A stretch of DNA of 64,000 bases from Patescibacteria group bacterium UBA924. GTDB taxonomy: Bacteria; Patescibacteriota; Microgenomatia; UBA1400; PJMF01. The first letter of the stretch is position 1. Every line of letters begins with the position of its first letter. The stretch is taken from the NCBI GenBank assembly GCA_002293725.1, contig DBDU01000026.1:6313-70312 (forward strand), read 5' to 3'. Positions 19,614-29,046 of the stretch are shown here, one piece after another. Made by a program: the position numbers and the translations under genes. Under the pieces are notes generated by a model, which did no database searches, was not told the origin of the DNA, and worked only from the letters and a program-made list of their open reading frames with translations.

Positions 19614-20498
19614 GTGCTCAAGACAGTCAAGTCTCAGACATCACCATTTTTTTCAATTGTTATTCCCACTTTAAATGAGGAAAAGTTTTTGCCTAAACTT
19701 CTTGCTGATCTGGAAAAGCAGACGTTCAAGAACTTTGAGGTTATTCATGTGGATGGTAAATCTGACGACTCAACATGTGTGAAAGCAGCCGAGTTTAGTC
19801 AGAAAATTGCTCTTCAAACAGTAATTAGCCCCAAACGGAACGTCAGCCATCAACGGAACACAGGTGGAAAATTTGCTCGAGGTCAATGGGTCGTATTCAT
19901 GGATGCTGACAACCGACTTAAACGAAGCTTCTTGAGCCAGTTGGCTATCAAATTAGAGACAAACTCTGACACGGAAATCTTCACTTGTTTGATAGATAAC
20001 AAGCACACTTCTGTGGTAATGAAGAACTTGCTCGATCTCTCTAATCTGATTATGGTAGCTACCGCCAAAGTTCGTCCATTTGCAGCTGGAGCATTAATCG
20101 GAATTAAACGAGAGAAGTTGAAACACATTCAGTTTGACTGTGATGCCAAGATGTCTGAAGATCATTTGTTCGTAGAAGAAGCCGTCAAAAATGGCTGCAA
20201 GTACCGGGTATTTACTCAGCCTAGATACTCATTTTCGATGCGGAGATTTGAAAAAGAAGGCTCAGTTAAAGTAATCGTAGCGTATGTCAGAAGTGGGGCT
20301 ATTCTTCTTGCAGGTCCAAGATTTGAACGCTTCCTGCCGGAGTACCCAATGATGGGTGGAAGTGATTATAATGAAGATAAAGCCTTGCGTGGATTTTTAC
20401 CTAGCATGCGCGATATTATTAGCTCGACGACGAAAAGACAACAAAAACAAATGAGAGTGATCATTTCGCGTCTTCAACAACTGATCAATGACATCTAA
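19614..20498 (+). CDS. Family 2 glycosyltransferase
   Basis: A GT-A pattern is present (FSIVIPTLNEEKFLPKLLADL...VIHVDGKSDDST) with a later DxD-type block (VFMDADN). The start is a GTG. Confidence 0.75.
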   Translation: MLKTVKSQTSPFFSIVIPTLNEEKFLPKLLADLEKQTFKNFEVIHVDGKSDDSTCVKAAEFSQKIALQTVISPKRNVSHQRNTGGKFARGQWVVFMDADNRLKRSFLSQLAIKLETNSDTEIFTCLIDNKHTSVVMKNLLDLSNLIMVATAKVRPFAAGALIGIKREKLKHIQFDCDAKMSEDHLFVEEAVKNGCKYRVFTQPRYSFSMRRFEKEGSVKVIVAYVRSGAILLAGPRFERFLPEYPMMGGSDYNEDKALRGFLPSMRDIISSTTKRQQKQMRVIISRLQQLINDI

Positions 20499-20928
20499 AA
20501 AGTACTTCTCTCTTCTCCGCTGGGTTCTTCGTTTAGGCTTTATTTTCATGATTTGTGAAGCTATCTATCACGCCTCGGGTGTGCGAATGGCTGGAGTAGA
20601 AGCTGTCTGGCCAGAAGAGGCAGTTGTCTTTAGTTACTTCTTTATGATGTTGTGGTCCTCTGTTTCAGTCTTCGTGGCAGTTGTCTTGTACTATCTCCAA
20701 CAACACTTGGAAGAGTCTAAACAGTTGCTCGTCTACTTAACTATCCCGTCTTTTCTTCACGCGGTCATGCTTATCTGTCTCTCTTTTACCCCGTACACGG
20801 AGATCTTTTCTCTGCCTAGCCTTCACGTTTGGGTGCCTTTTTATGAGTTCGTGATTCGGACAGAAGCAGCACTGTTACTGACATATGTTATCTACATTCT
20901 CTACGGCAAAACGAGAAAGTTCCTCTAA
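20488..20928 (+). CDS. Four-TM membrane protein (hypothetical)
   Basis: The hydrophobic ORF sits between two glycosyltransferase genes and its start overlaps the GT2 stop. Confidence 0.45.
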   Translation: MTSKKYFSLLRWVLRLGFIFMICEAIYHASGVRMAGVEAVWPEEAVVFSYFFMMLWSSVSVFVAVVLYYLQQHLEESKQLLVYLTIPSFLHAVMLICLSFTPYTEIFSLPSLHVWVPFYEFVIRTEAALLLTYVIYILYGKTRKFL

Positions 20929-20929
20929 C

Positions 20930-22051
20930 ATGGCAGCCCCTCGCGCCTTACTCTTTACTACCATTCAAGGTCATGCCAGTATTGCTGACTCCATTTCCAA
21001 ACAGTTAACCAAGCGTGGTTGGCACACTTTAACCGCTGCGTTTGAAGACCCGGCTTTAGCTTTTTACCGTTTAGTTTATCGGAATGCCCCCTGGGCATGT
21101 GGGATTTACTACCGTTCACTTTTTCTGCCTTTTATTAGAAAGCAGATTGCTGCCTATACCAAGAAATCACATAGACAGGTATTTGAAAAAGCGATCAAAG
21201 ATTTTCCTACCGATATCATCATCGGGACGTCATATGGTTTTGACTCATTAATCCTGGAGCTCCAAGAAACACTCCGGGAAAAGAAGCTCCTTCCGCCAAA
21301 GTTTATTAATATTGTGGTGGATCCGCGTACATTTTTTGCTACTAACTTAGTTAAAACTGCCGATCTGAACTGTGTGTTTGATGAAGAGATTGCTCGACGT
21401 TGCAAAGAGTTAGAGCCGAATGCAAACGTAGTGGCTACAGGTTGGTTTGTCCGCCCAGAGTTTGAAAGTACGACACCCAAAGCAAAGATGCGTGAGGCTT
21501 TAGGACTTGATCCACATCGGCTCACTTTTCTTTTTGTTGCTGGCTCGGAAGGTGAAAATAAAAGTGCCCATTTGATCCCCAAACTATTAGAGCATAAAAC
21601 ACCTCTGCAGATTGTTTTGGCATGTGGCAGTAACCAAAAGTTGCGCGATAGATTTCAGCCATTAGTTGATCAGTATGCTGACCATTCAGAAAAAACATTC
21701 TTAACACTGCCATTTACGAAAGAACTACATCGATATGTTCGCGCCGCTGACTTACTTGTTGGCAAAGCGGGACCGAACAGTATCTTTGAAGCCGCTGCCT
21801 GCGGAACCCCTTTCTTTGCTACTACTCATATCTCGGGACAAGAAGATGGTAATCTGGAAATCATTTCCGAGTATAAGATTGGTTACGTAGAAGAAAATCT
21901 GGGGAAAGCTGCCCAAATGCTAGATAATATTCTGGAACACCCAGAACAACTCAAAACATTTGATAGCCATCTACAGAAACTGGCTAAGTATAACGACCAA
22001 GCAGTAGATAGATTAGTGGCCGCAATTGCAGCCGTTTCCTCACAACAGTAA
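20930..22051 (+). CDS. GT28-family glycosyltransferase (MGDG synthase / UgtP-like)
   Basis: A C-terminal GT28 block is present (AAACGTPFFATTHISGQEDGN). The ATG at 20930 lies 1 bp after the upstream stop. Confidence 0.65.
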   Translation: MAAPRALLFTTIQGHASIADSISKQLTKRGWHTLTAAFEDPALAFYRLVYRNAPWACGIYYRSLFLPFIRKQIAAYTKKSHRQVFEKAIKDFPTDIIIGTSYGFDSLILELQETLREKKLLPPKFINIVVDPRTFFATNLVKTADLNCVFDEEIARRCKELEPNANVVATGWFVRPEFESTTPKAKMREALGLDPHRLTFLFVAGSEGENKSAHLIPKLLEHKTPLQIVLACGSNQKLRDRFQPLVDQYADHSEKTFLTLPFTKELHRYVRAADLLVGKAGPNSIFEAAACGTPFFATTHISGQEDGNLEIISEYKIGYVEENLGKAAQMLDNILEHPEQLKTFDSHLQKLAKYNDQAVDRLVAAIAAVSSQQ

Positions 22052-23854
22052 CTACTTAGAAATTTCAATTGATTTCAGCTCTTCTAATGTCGTGGCTTGA
22101 TCCCATCTTTTATCGTCGCGAAACTTGATAAAGCGAGGAAAACGCAGTGCCTGCCCAGCGGTGTGAATTGGCGAAGTGGTTAACTCATCGGCGGCCACTT
22201 CCACAACCAACTCTGGCGCACACCATTTATCGGGAATAAGAGCTTTATTGACAACGTAGGAAGGTGGCTGCTCGCTGACGATGAGAGCATCACAACGGCG
22301 CTTCACTTCGCCAAGCGTTTCTTCAGTCAAGCCAGTCCCAATTTTCGCTAAGCTCAGCACTTGTTGTTGCTGTTGATCGTATACACCGACCAGGAAAGCA
22401 CCAATTCCAAACTCAGCCCTCTTTCCCCGCCCTAGATAATAGCCCATGACAATGACGTCAAGCGTATCGCTGAGCTTCCCTTTTCGTCCCTCGGCCTCTT
22501 TCATCTTGACCCAACTCCAACCTTTGCGACCACTTTGATAGCCTGAGCTCATCTGTTTCATGACAACACCCTCCAGCCCCTCAGCCAGTGCTTGTTCGTG
22601 ATACTGACGGAGCTGTTCGGGATCGGATGTCACTTTGCCTTCTGTATGAACGAGCACATCATCATCGGTAAAGACTTCTTCCAATAGTGCTCGTCGCTCT
22701 TTGAGCGGTTTGTCGATGAGATTTTCACCATTCAAGTACAAGAGATCAAAGATATAGAAACGAACTGGAATCTCGGCAGCTTTCTCCGCTACTCCATGTT
22801 TGCGTTTCCGTTGAATTGTTTGTTGGAAGGAGATCAGCTGATTAGTCTGCGGATCATAGCCAATGGCCTCACCATCTAAGACACAGTTTTGGCATTTCAG
22901 CTTCTCCACTACTTTATCCAGCTCTGGGAACATGGCTGAACTTTCTTCTAGATTACGAGTGAATGTGCGTAGCAAAGTGGGTTTGCCATCTCGGGCTTTT
23001 TCAACATGAATCTGTACTCGCAGGCCATCGTACTTGGGCTCCGCAATTACTTCATGCATTTTTTCTATAACTTCGGTGGCACTGTTTAACCGCTGGCACA
23101 GTGCAGGCACTACTGGAACGCCGAGTTGAATCGTGTACTGCTCTGACAACAATTTGTGACGTGCGTCTGCATCATCTACTCTGAGATACTCTGCCGCCAA
23201 CTGACCAATATCAGCCCGCCGCTGATACGCAGCTTCCAACATCTCTCGTTCTGACTTATCTCCGCACATAGCCCACGAGAGCGCGTCCATGATCGTCATG
23301 TCGGAAAAACCCAACCGTAGACGACCCAACAGTATCCGGACTACAAACTTGGCTGAGAGAGGATCAAGCTTTTCAAAAAGCAGGACTGCTTTATCTTGTT
23401 TACGTTGCTGTGACTGTGCTCCAGAGTCTTTGGCAATATCCAGTAGAAGCTCATAGAGCTCTGCCACGGAGAGTGGAGTTGAAGTCTCACTACTCTGCTC
23501 GAAATATTGAGTAAGAGTCTCCTCAGCTACCTTACCTAAGTCACCAACTTCTTTATAACGACGCTCTACTTCTTTTTCAGCTTGAGTACTATCACTTTCC
23601 TCAAACAACCCAACTGTCCCCATTGACTGCATTGGCTTTAATCGTGCCAGGACCTTTATTACCGTTTTAACTGCAATCTGGAACTCTAGACCATAGTACT
23701 GGGGCAGCAGCTGTCCCTGTAAGAGATAACAGGCTGGTCGAACTTCAGCTGGCTCAAGTTTTTTAAGAAGATCTGACAGAATAGCAGTGATCTCTAATCG
23801 AGAAGAAGTGGTTTCTAGCTTATTTAAGTACTGGGAAAGTTGATCAATAGTCAT
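22052..23854 (-). CDS. ATP-dependent DNA ligase (three-domain, Lig I-like)
   Basis: The adenylation motif I (EPKYDGLRVQIHV) is followed by OB-fold-type motifs. The 600-aa product includes an N-terminal DNA-binding domain. Confidence 0.8.
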   Translation of the reverse strand: MTIDQLSQYLNKLETTSSRLEITAILSDLLKKLEPAEVRPACYLLQGQLLPQYYGLEFQIAVKTVIKVLARLKPMQSMGTVGLFEESDSTQAEKEVERRYKEVGDLGKVAEETLTQYFEQSSETSTPLSVAELYELLLDIAKDSGAQSQQRKQDKAVLLFEKLDPLSAKFVVRILLGRLRLGFSDMTIMDALSWAMCGDKSEREMLEAAYQRRADIGQLAAEYLRVDDADARHKLLSEQYTIQLGVPVVPALCQRLNSATEVIEKMHEVIAEPKYDGLRVQIHVEKARDGKPTLLRTFTRNLEESSAMFPELDKVVEKLKCQNCVLDGEAIGYDPQTNQLISFQQTIQRKRKHGVAEKAAEIPVRFYIFDLLYLNGENLIDKPLKERRALLEEVFTDDDVLVHTEGKVTSDPEQLRQYHEQALAEGLEGVVMKQMSSGYQSGRKGWSWVKMKEAEGRKGKLSDTLDVIVMGYYLGRGKRAEFGIGAFLVGVYDQQQQQVLSLAKIGTGLTEETLGEVKRRCDALIVSEQPPSYVVNKALIPDKWCAPELVVEVAADELTTSPIHTAGQALRFPRFIKFRDDKRWDQATTLEELKSIEISK

Positions 23855-23907
23855 ACGGCTATTCTACTGAGCGGAGTCCGCGAATGTCAGTCTGGAACAT
23901 AAGCTGA

Positions 23908-25008
23908 CTATCGACGAAGCTTATACGTTACACCTTTGGTCACGCCACGCTTCTCAATCACACCTTTCGCCAGTAAGTCTTTAATGTCACGTAAAATTGT
24001 GTCCACAGAGATATTAGGCAGAACTTCCTGAGCATCAGCTGAGGTGACTTCATCTCTACTTTGGAAGAGTTCTAGTAAGACAATCTGTCGTTCAGATAAA
24101 GCAACCTGTTGGCCACCAAGCTCTTGTTTTAACTTGGTGTCTTTAGACAACTTCAACACTTGTTGTTTAATCTTGTCTATCTCAACGGCTAAGCCATAAC
24201 AGAAGTACTCCACCCAATAGGTCATCTCATTTTGCTGCTGAACAGATAACAACGCCTGATAGTACTGCTCGACATCATCATCAAAGTATTTTTCTAAAGA
24301 AAAGAAACGTTTGAAGTCATACCCTGATGAGTACAAAACCAAGGTAGCCAAAGCACGAGCGGTTCGTCCATTCCCTTCAATAAATGGATGCACATATACT
24401 ACTTGGTAGTGGGTAATAGCCGCACGGAAGATTGGGTGAAGCTGTTGTGTTGCGGGCGAGTTTAGCCAAGCAAAAAACTCTTCGATTAAGTATGGAATCT
24501 CCACAAAAACAGGTGGTCGAAAGACTACGGAACTATCGCTGGCACTGCGGACAACAACTTGTTTATCGCGATATTGACCAATGTATTGCGGGTCAATTAA
24601 GCGCTGCATGGTAAGTTTGTGCAACTGTTTTAAGATGCCTTCGTTGAGTGCCTTGGGATCTGAGATGTAGTCCTGCCAGTTATTAATCCACTCAATGACT
24701 TGGCGATAGTTAATCACCTCTTGCACATCACGCTCGCGGGCAATAATGCCAGCTCGCTCCGCGGCTACTTTTCCATCTTGGTATGCGTCAGCTCCCTCGA
24801 GGTTAACTAACTGCCCAGCTTGCTCTTGGGTCAAGTCATTTCCCTCAATCTTGGTACCGTAGTGAATCGTTCGCCGTAAAGCATCGTCACGAAACTTCGC
24901 TTCCCAAGCAGGTACTAACGCCGCGTTATCAATTAAGGCTTTGGCTGCTTCAATTCTAGAAACATACGTCAGCAAGTTATTGGTAATCGTAAAGTTGGGT
25001 TTGAACAT
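23908..25008 (-). CDS. Fic-family protein (Fic_N + FIC core + C-terminal wHTH)
   Basis: The canonical FIC motif is complete (HPFIEGNGRTARALATL). An N-terminal TKIEGNDLT block and a C-terminal helix-turn-helix-like tail are also present. Confidence 0.85.
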   Translation of the reverse strand: MFKPNFTITNNLLTYVSRIEAAKALIDNAALVPAWEAKFRDDALRRTIHYGTKIEGNDLTQEQAGQLVNLEGADAYQDGKVAAERAGIIARERDVQEVINYRQVIEWINNWQDYISDPKALNEGILKQLHKLTMQRLIDPQYIGQYRDKQVVVRSASDSSVVFRPPVFVEIPYLIEEFFAWLNSPATQQLHPIFRAAITHYQVVYVHPFIEGNGRTARALATLVLYSSGYDFKRFFSLEKYFDDDVEQYYQALLSVQQQNEMTYWVEYFCYGLAVEIDKIKQQVLKLSKDTKLKQELGGQQVALSERQIVLLELFQSRDEVTSADAQEVLPNISVDTILRDIKDLLAKGVIEKRGVTKGVTYKLRR

Positions 25009-25083
25009 GCAAGGCTTCGATGTAGTTTGACGTAAATAGTCACTTCATCGTTAGCCCTATTTTTGCATAAATTGCAATAAAAG

Positions 25084-25959
25084 CTAGCTGGGATTCTCAG
25101 ATGCCTTACCGGTTCGCAACTGCCACAATGCTTCAGGGACAGCGGTAATTAACATTGAGGCATTAAAAAATGATCCATACTTTTCGGCTAGTACTTCCCC
25201 TGCTCGTTTATTCACGATCGAGCCCACGACGCTTGCTGTCAGCAGGTCATTTGTACACGCCAGTGCCGCTACTAAACCTGCTAACACGTCTCCAGTTCCG
25301 CCTTTGGTCATCCCTGGGTCTCCACCTTCAATGGAAATAACTTGATCGACTGTACAGACTCGATCAACTTTTCCTTTGAGCAACAAAGTGATGCCGTTCA
25401 ACTTTTGACACCATGCTTGGAAGTCAGCATCACTGGCAGTGAGGAGTTTTTCTTGCACGGAAGCTTCCTCTTGTCCTTCGATCTTAGCCAATAACATAAC
25501 CAACTCACGAAGGTGTGGTGTGATGATCATGTTTTTGTTCAACAGCTGAGGAGAGATCATCTGGAGTGCGCCGGCATCGATAACCCATTTTTTATCCGAG
25601 AATTTTGCGACCAGTTGCTCAGTTACCTGAGTAGTATCTTCACTTCTCGTCATACCAGGACCAATCAGGATACAGTCTGCTTCCTTAGCGTACTCTTCAA
25701 CCTCTTCCCGTTTGACCACAATTCCGTTCCAAAACTGCCCTTTGGCTTCCTGAATAAGGTCGTTGTTGGAAGGCACTGAGGAGTAGAAGACCATGTCTAC
25801 GAAACAGGATGCTACGTCCAAGCTCCAGCGCGAGGCCGCATGAAAAAGTTCTGAGCCTCCAACAATTAAGAGTTTTCCGTTCTGTCCTTTATGCGAATCA
25901 GACTGCGGAATACGAAGCTGTTGAAAGAAAGAGTGAAGGTGCAGAGGAAGCGTACGCAT
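25084..25959 (-). CDS. ADP-dependent NAD(P)H-hydrate dehydratase (YjeF C-terminal domain family)
   Basis: The family's C-terminal signature is present (GGTGDVLAGLVAALAC). Confidence 0.7.
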   Translation of the reverse strand: MRTLPLHLHSFFQQLRIPQSDSHKGQNGKLLIVGGSELFHAASRWSLDVASCFVDMVFYSSVPSNNDLIQEAKGQFWNGIVVKREEVEEYAKEADCILIGPGMTRSEDTTQVTEQLVAKFSDKKWVIDAGALQMISPQLLNKNMIITPHLRELVMLLAKIEGQEEASVQEKLLTASDADFQAWCQKLNGITLLLKGKVDRVCTVDQVISIEGGDPGMTKGGTGDVLAGLVAALACTNDLLTASVVGSIVNKRAGEVLAEKYGSFFNASMLITAVPEALWQLRTGKASENPS

Positions 25960-25973
25960 ATACTGATCGTGAC

Positions 25974-27047
25974 TTAGAGCTGGATGAGTTGCAAGTTGGG
26001 AATTCGTTGACGGAGGTCTTCAGCAACACTGTCTTCCGTGGTAGTCACAACGGCCTGTCTTTCATTCAGCAGCTCTTCAACTTGTTTACGGTGCTCACGA
26101 TCTAGCTCGGACAAAATATCATCTAACAACAGTAACGGACGCAGCCCCATGTGTTGTTCTACATACTGCAGCTCACTTAGTTTTAACCATAAAACCGCAA
26201 GCCGTTGCTGACCACGAGAACCAAACTGCGAGACGTCAATCCAGTCATCATTTGCTGTTGATAAAAAATTAACCAAAAAATCATCTTTATGCGAACCAAT
26301 CAATGTATGTCCTGCTGCAATTTCTTTTTCCGCATACTGCAAGAATCGCTCTTCGCTGACCACAGAAGGTACATACTCCACCCGAAATTGAAGCGGAAAT
26401 TCCGCAGTTGAAAACTGGCTAAAAAACTGCCGACGGTGCTCTTGAATCAGCTGTCCATGCTTGAGTAATAACTGTGTCCAGTAGTTAAGAACTGTCTTGG
26501 GCATGTTGCCATCACGGACTTGGTCGATCAGCTTGTTTCGCCGCTTCAGTGCGTTCTCATATGTAGTCAAAGATGTTCCATAGTGAGGGTGAACAACGGC
26601 CAAAATAGTATCAATGAACTGCCGCCTCCGAGTCGGAGAGCCTTCAATCAAGCGCATATCTTCAGGTCGGAAAACTACAGTCGTAAAGTGTCCCAAAAAG
26701 TCTTTTTTGCGGCGCCTCGTGCCATTCACAAAGTAATGTTTGCGCTGCACGGCTTTTCCCTGAAGTACCCCGCGGGTTAAAACTACTTCTAGCTCATCTT
26801 CCCCTACCTTGGTTTTTACCCGAGCTAGTTCTTGCCCGAAGGCAATCATGTCTTCATCCCGTTCGGCACGAAAGCTCTCACCAGTCGAAAGTAGAGACAA
26901 CGCCTCAATTACCGATGTCTTCCCGACGGCATTATTTCCCACAACGACAGTTACTTGTGCAGCTGCCTCAAAAGCTGAGGCACCAAACTTCAAGTTCAGT
27001 TGCTTGTGGCACCGGAAATGCTGAAGAACAAGACCATGGACAGACAT
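25974..27047 (-). CDS. recF: DNA replication and repair protein RecF
   Basis: The Walker A and N-terminal RecF pattern (VVGNNAVGKTSVIEALSLLSTGESFR) is present, with an SMC-like signature near the C-terminus (LLLLDDILSELD). Confidence 0.85.
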   Translation of the reverse strand: MSVHGLVLQHFRCHKQLNLKFGASAFEAAAQVTVVVGNNAVGKTSVIEALSLLSTGESFRAERDEDMIAFGQELARVKTKVGEDELEVVLTRGVLQGKAVQRKHYFVNGTRRRKKDFLGHFTTVVFRPEDMRLIEGSPTRRRQFIDTILAVVHPHYGTSLTTYENALKRRNKLIDQVRDGNMPKTVLNYWTQLLLKHGQLIQEHRRQFFSQFSTAEFPLQFRVEYVPSVVSEERFLQYAEKEIAAGHTLIGSHKDDFLVNFLSTANDDWIDVSQFGSRGQQRLAVLWLKLSELQYVEQHMGLRPLLLLDDILSELDREHRKQVEELLNERQAVVTTTEDSVAEDLRQRIPNLQLIQL

Positions 27048-27091
27048 GTCAGTGCAACACTACCATACAGTTTGTCGAACTACGATCAGCT

Positions 27092-28819
27092 TTATGGTTT
27101 GTGTTCAATATTAAAGAAAGCAAAGCCAGATTGCGGGATAGCGCGATAGCCTGAGGCACGAATGTTAAAGGCTGTCTTAAACTCTGTTCCGGATAAAGTG
27201 ATCTCTCCCTTATCCGTTTGGAAGACAACTTGGTTAGTACTTCCATTACCTTGAACTACTCTGACACTCGTAACCCGAGACGGACCATCTGACTTTGCTC
27301 TTAACTCTTCACGGGTATAAGGATTCCCACCCCAACACGAAGTGGTTAATGGGGTAACTCGATCATCTCGATAGCGAGCTGCGTTAATGATGTCAGCCAA
27401 GTCTTCACCTGTCAGCCAAGGGTTGGACTGGCCACACTTATCAGAGGAAGCACTATATCCTTTGGTGTACCAGGCTTTATATAACCAAGGTGAGCCACCA
27501 ATCTTGTCATAGGACTTATCAACAAAGTCACCACCACCTGAGCCATCGGTAGTATCCCACCCAATCGGCGTGGCATACCCACCATGAGTAGAAGCGTAGA
27601 AGGTCACTACATCTTCTAGAACCATACCCTTGGTGTCTTCAACTGCTTTCTTCCAAGACTCTGGAGGATTGTCTGACTTTGACTTATTGAAAACCTGACA
27701 CGCTTCAGTAGTACAGATCTCTCTTCCCTGCTCTTTATAACGATAGGCATATGTTCTAGCAGCCACAGCTTGAGCCTTGAGCGCTTCACTGTTCCAGCTA
27801 GCTGGCATTTCGGCAATACCGTACAGGTACTTTGACTCAAAGTCCATTGAACCGTGTCCAGCTACCTGAATACTGCCGCCAGTATCCTTAGAAACTGGCT
27901 CTTTTCCATAATATGCCTTGAGAATCTGCTTGTAATCTTGGCCAGACTGCGCTCTCCCTCGCGCCCCATACTGACTCATCCCTTTGCGGTGAGTGTGCGC
28001 GCCGAACGAAAAGACGGCGAAGCTGCCCGAGGGGGCTGCTTCACGGAAGCCTTTAATTGAAGCGTTATAGTCGTCTGCCAACTCACTATTACCGATAGAA
28101 GCAGTAAAGCCTCCTGACCGGGCATTTAAGATCTCCTGTTGTTTGGCGCTTAAGGCCGCAATTTGACTGGATAACTGTGACTGGTACGCTTTGGCACCTT
28201 GAATTTCTTTACGGAAAAAGTCGGCTTGGGCGTCTAGCTCTTTTTGTAAAGATGCCAACTTCACTTGCGTTTCTTCTAAAGTTTTCTTTTGGGCTTCGAG
28301 GTCACGAATTTCATTTCCAAACTGACGAATGATCCGATTGTCTTGCTCTTCTACAGACTGCCGGTAGGTAAGATCTCTCGTTAAGAGAGAAGCATCAGTA
28401 TTGTTGAGAAAGATTAAAAATGGAGACTCAAATGCGGTTCGTTTGTATCGAGTAGCCACCCGTTGAGTAAAAATTTGGTACTGCGTAGCCAAACGCAGCT
28501 CTCGCTCTTGGATAGAAGTCGCCACATCTTCGGCTTGTTTCTTGGCAGCGGTAATTCCACTGAGCGCTTTCTTAATTCGACTATCTAGGGATTGAACTTC
28601 TTTCTCTAAAGGCGTGGTAGCGTCTGCTGAAAGTTGAAGAAGTTTAGACAACTCATTTTTTTCTTTCTCTAACTCTTCGATCGGGTCCATCGCATGCACT
28701 TGGTAGTGAGAAACGTATATACCACCCACTAGACCAGAGAAAATGATACATAACGTTAAGCAAAGAGAGATTTTTGCCGTCACCGAAAGACGCCGCAGGA
28801 GTTTGGGCAGTACAACCAT
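27092..28819 (-). CDS. SpoIID/LytB-domain protein with an N-terminal TM and a long coiled-coil
   Basis: The C-terminal SpoIID pattern is present (HTHRKGMSQYGARGRA). The N-terminal ~250 aa have heptad-rich coiled-coil character. Confidence 0.65.
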   Translation of the reverse strand: MVVLPKLLRRLSVTAKISLCLTLCIIFSGLVGGIYVSHYQVHAMDPIEELEKEKNELSKLLQLSADATTPLEKEVQSLDSRIKKALSGITAAKKQAEDVATSIQERELRLATQYQIFTQRVATRYKRTAFESPFLIFLNNTDASLLTRDLTYRQSVEEQDNRIIRQFGNEIRDLEAQKKTLEETQVKLASLQKELDAQADFFRKEIQGAKAYQSQLSSQIAALSAKQQEILNARSGGFTASIGNSELADDYNASIKGFREAAPSGSFAVFSFGAHTHRKGMSQYGARGRAQSGQDYKQILKAYYGKEPVSKDTGGSIQVAGHGSMDFESKYLYGIAEMPASWNSEALKAQAVAARTYAYRYKEQGREICTTEACQVFNKSKSDNPPESWKKAVEDTKGMVLEDVVTFYASTHGGYATPIGWDTTDGSGGGDFVDKSYDKIGGSPWLYKAWYTKGYSASSDKCGQSNPWLTGEDLADIINAARYRDDRVTPLTTSCWGGNPYTREELRAKSDGPSRVTSVRVVQGNGSTNQVVFQTDKGEITLSGTEFKTAFNIRASGYRAIPQSGFAFFNIEHKP

Positions 28820-28924
28820 GGGTCGAGACTATCGGCTAATCAAGAAAAAGTAAAGTAGAACATAGGTTGGATTTTAAAAAAAGACCTAGTGATTAGTTCT
28901 TTTCCCTTCACTCGTTATCTCACA

Positions 28925-28953
28925 AAACGCCAGGTGAACCCTGGCGTTTTTTT
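28925..28953. terminator. Strong GC-rich hairpin flanked by A/T tracts on both sides (orphan, potentially bidirectional terminator)
   Basis: The motif reads aaaACGCCAGG-tgaac-CCTGGCGTttttttt. It lies in a divergent intergenic region. Confidence 0.35.
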
Positions 28954-29009
28954 GTTTCTTACGGTTTCTATCTATTTAAAACTCTTCTATTTTTATACCG
29001 AGACCCCAG

Positions 29010-29018
29010 TGATATAAT
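29010..29018 (+). promoter_or_regulatory. Extended -10 promoter element (TGaTATAAT) upstream of the 29047 gene
   Basis: The element gtgatataat lies about 28 bp upstream of the ATG. Confidence 0.4.
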
Positions 29019-29046
29019 CAATATAGTTTTAGACATCTTCGAATCA

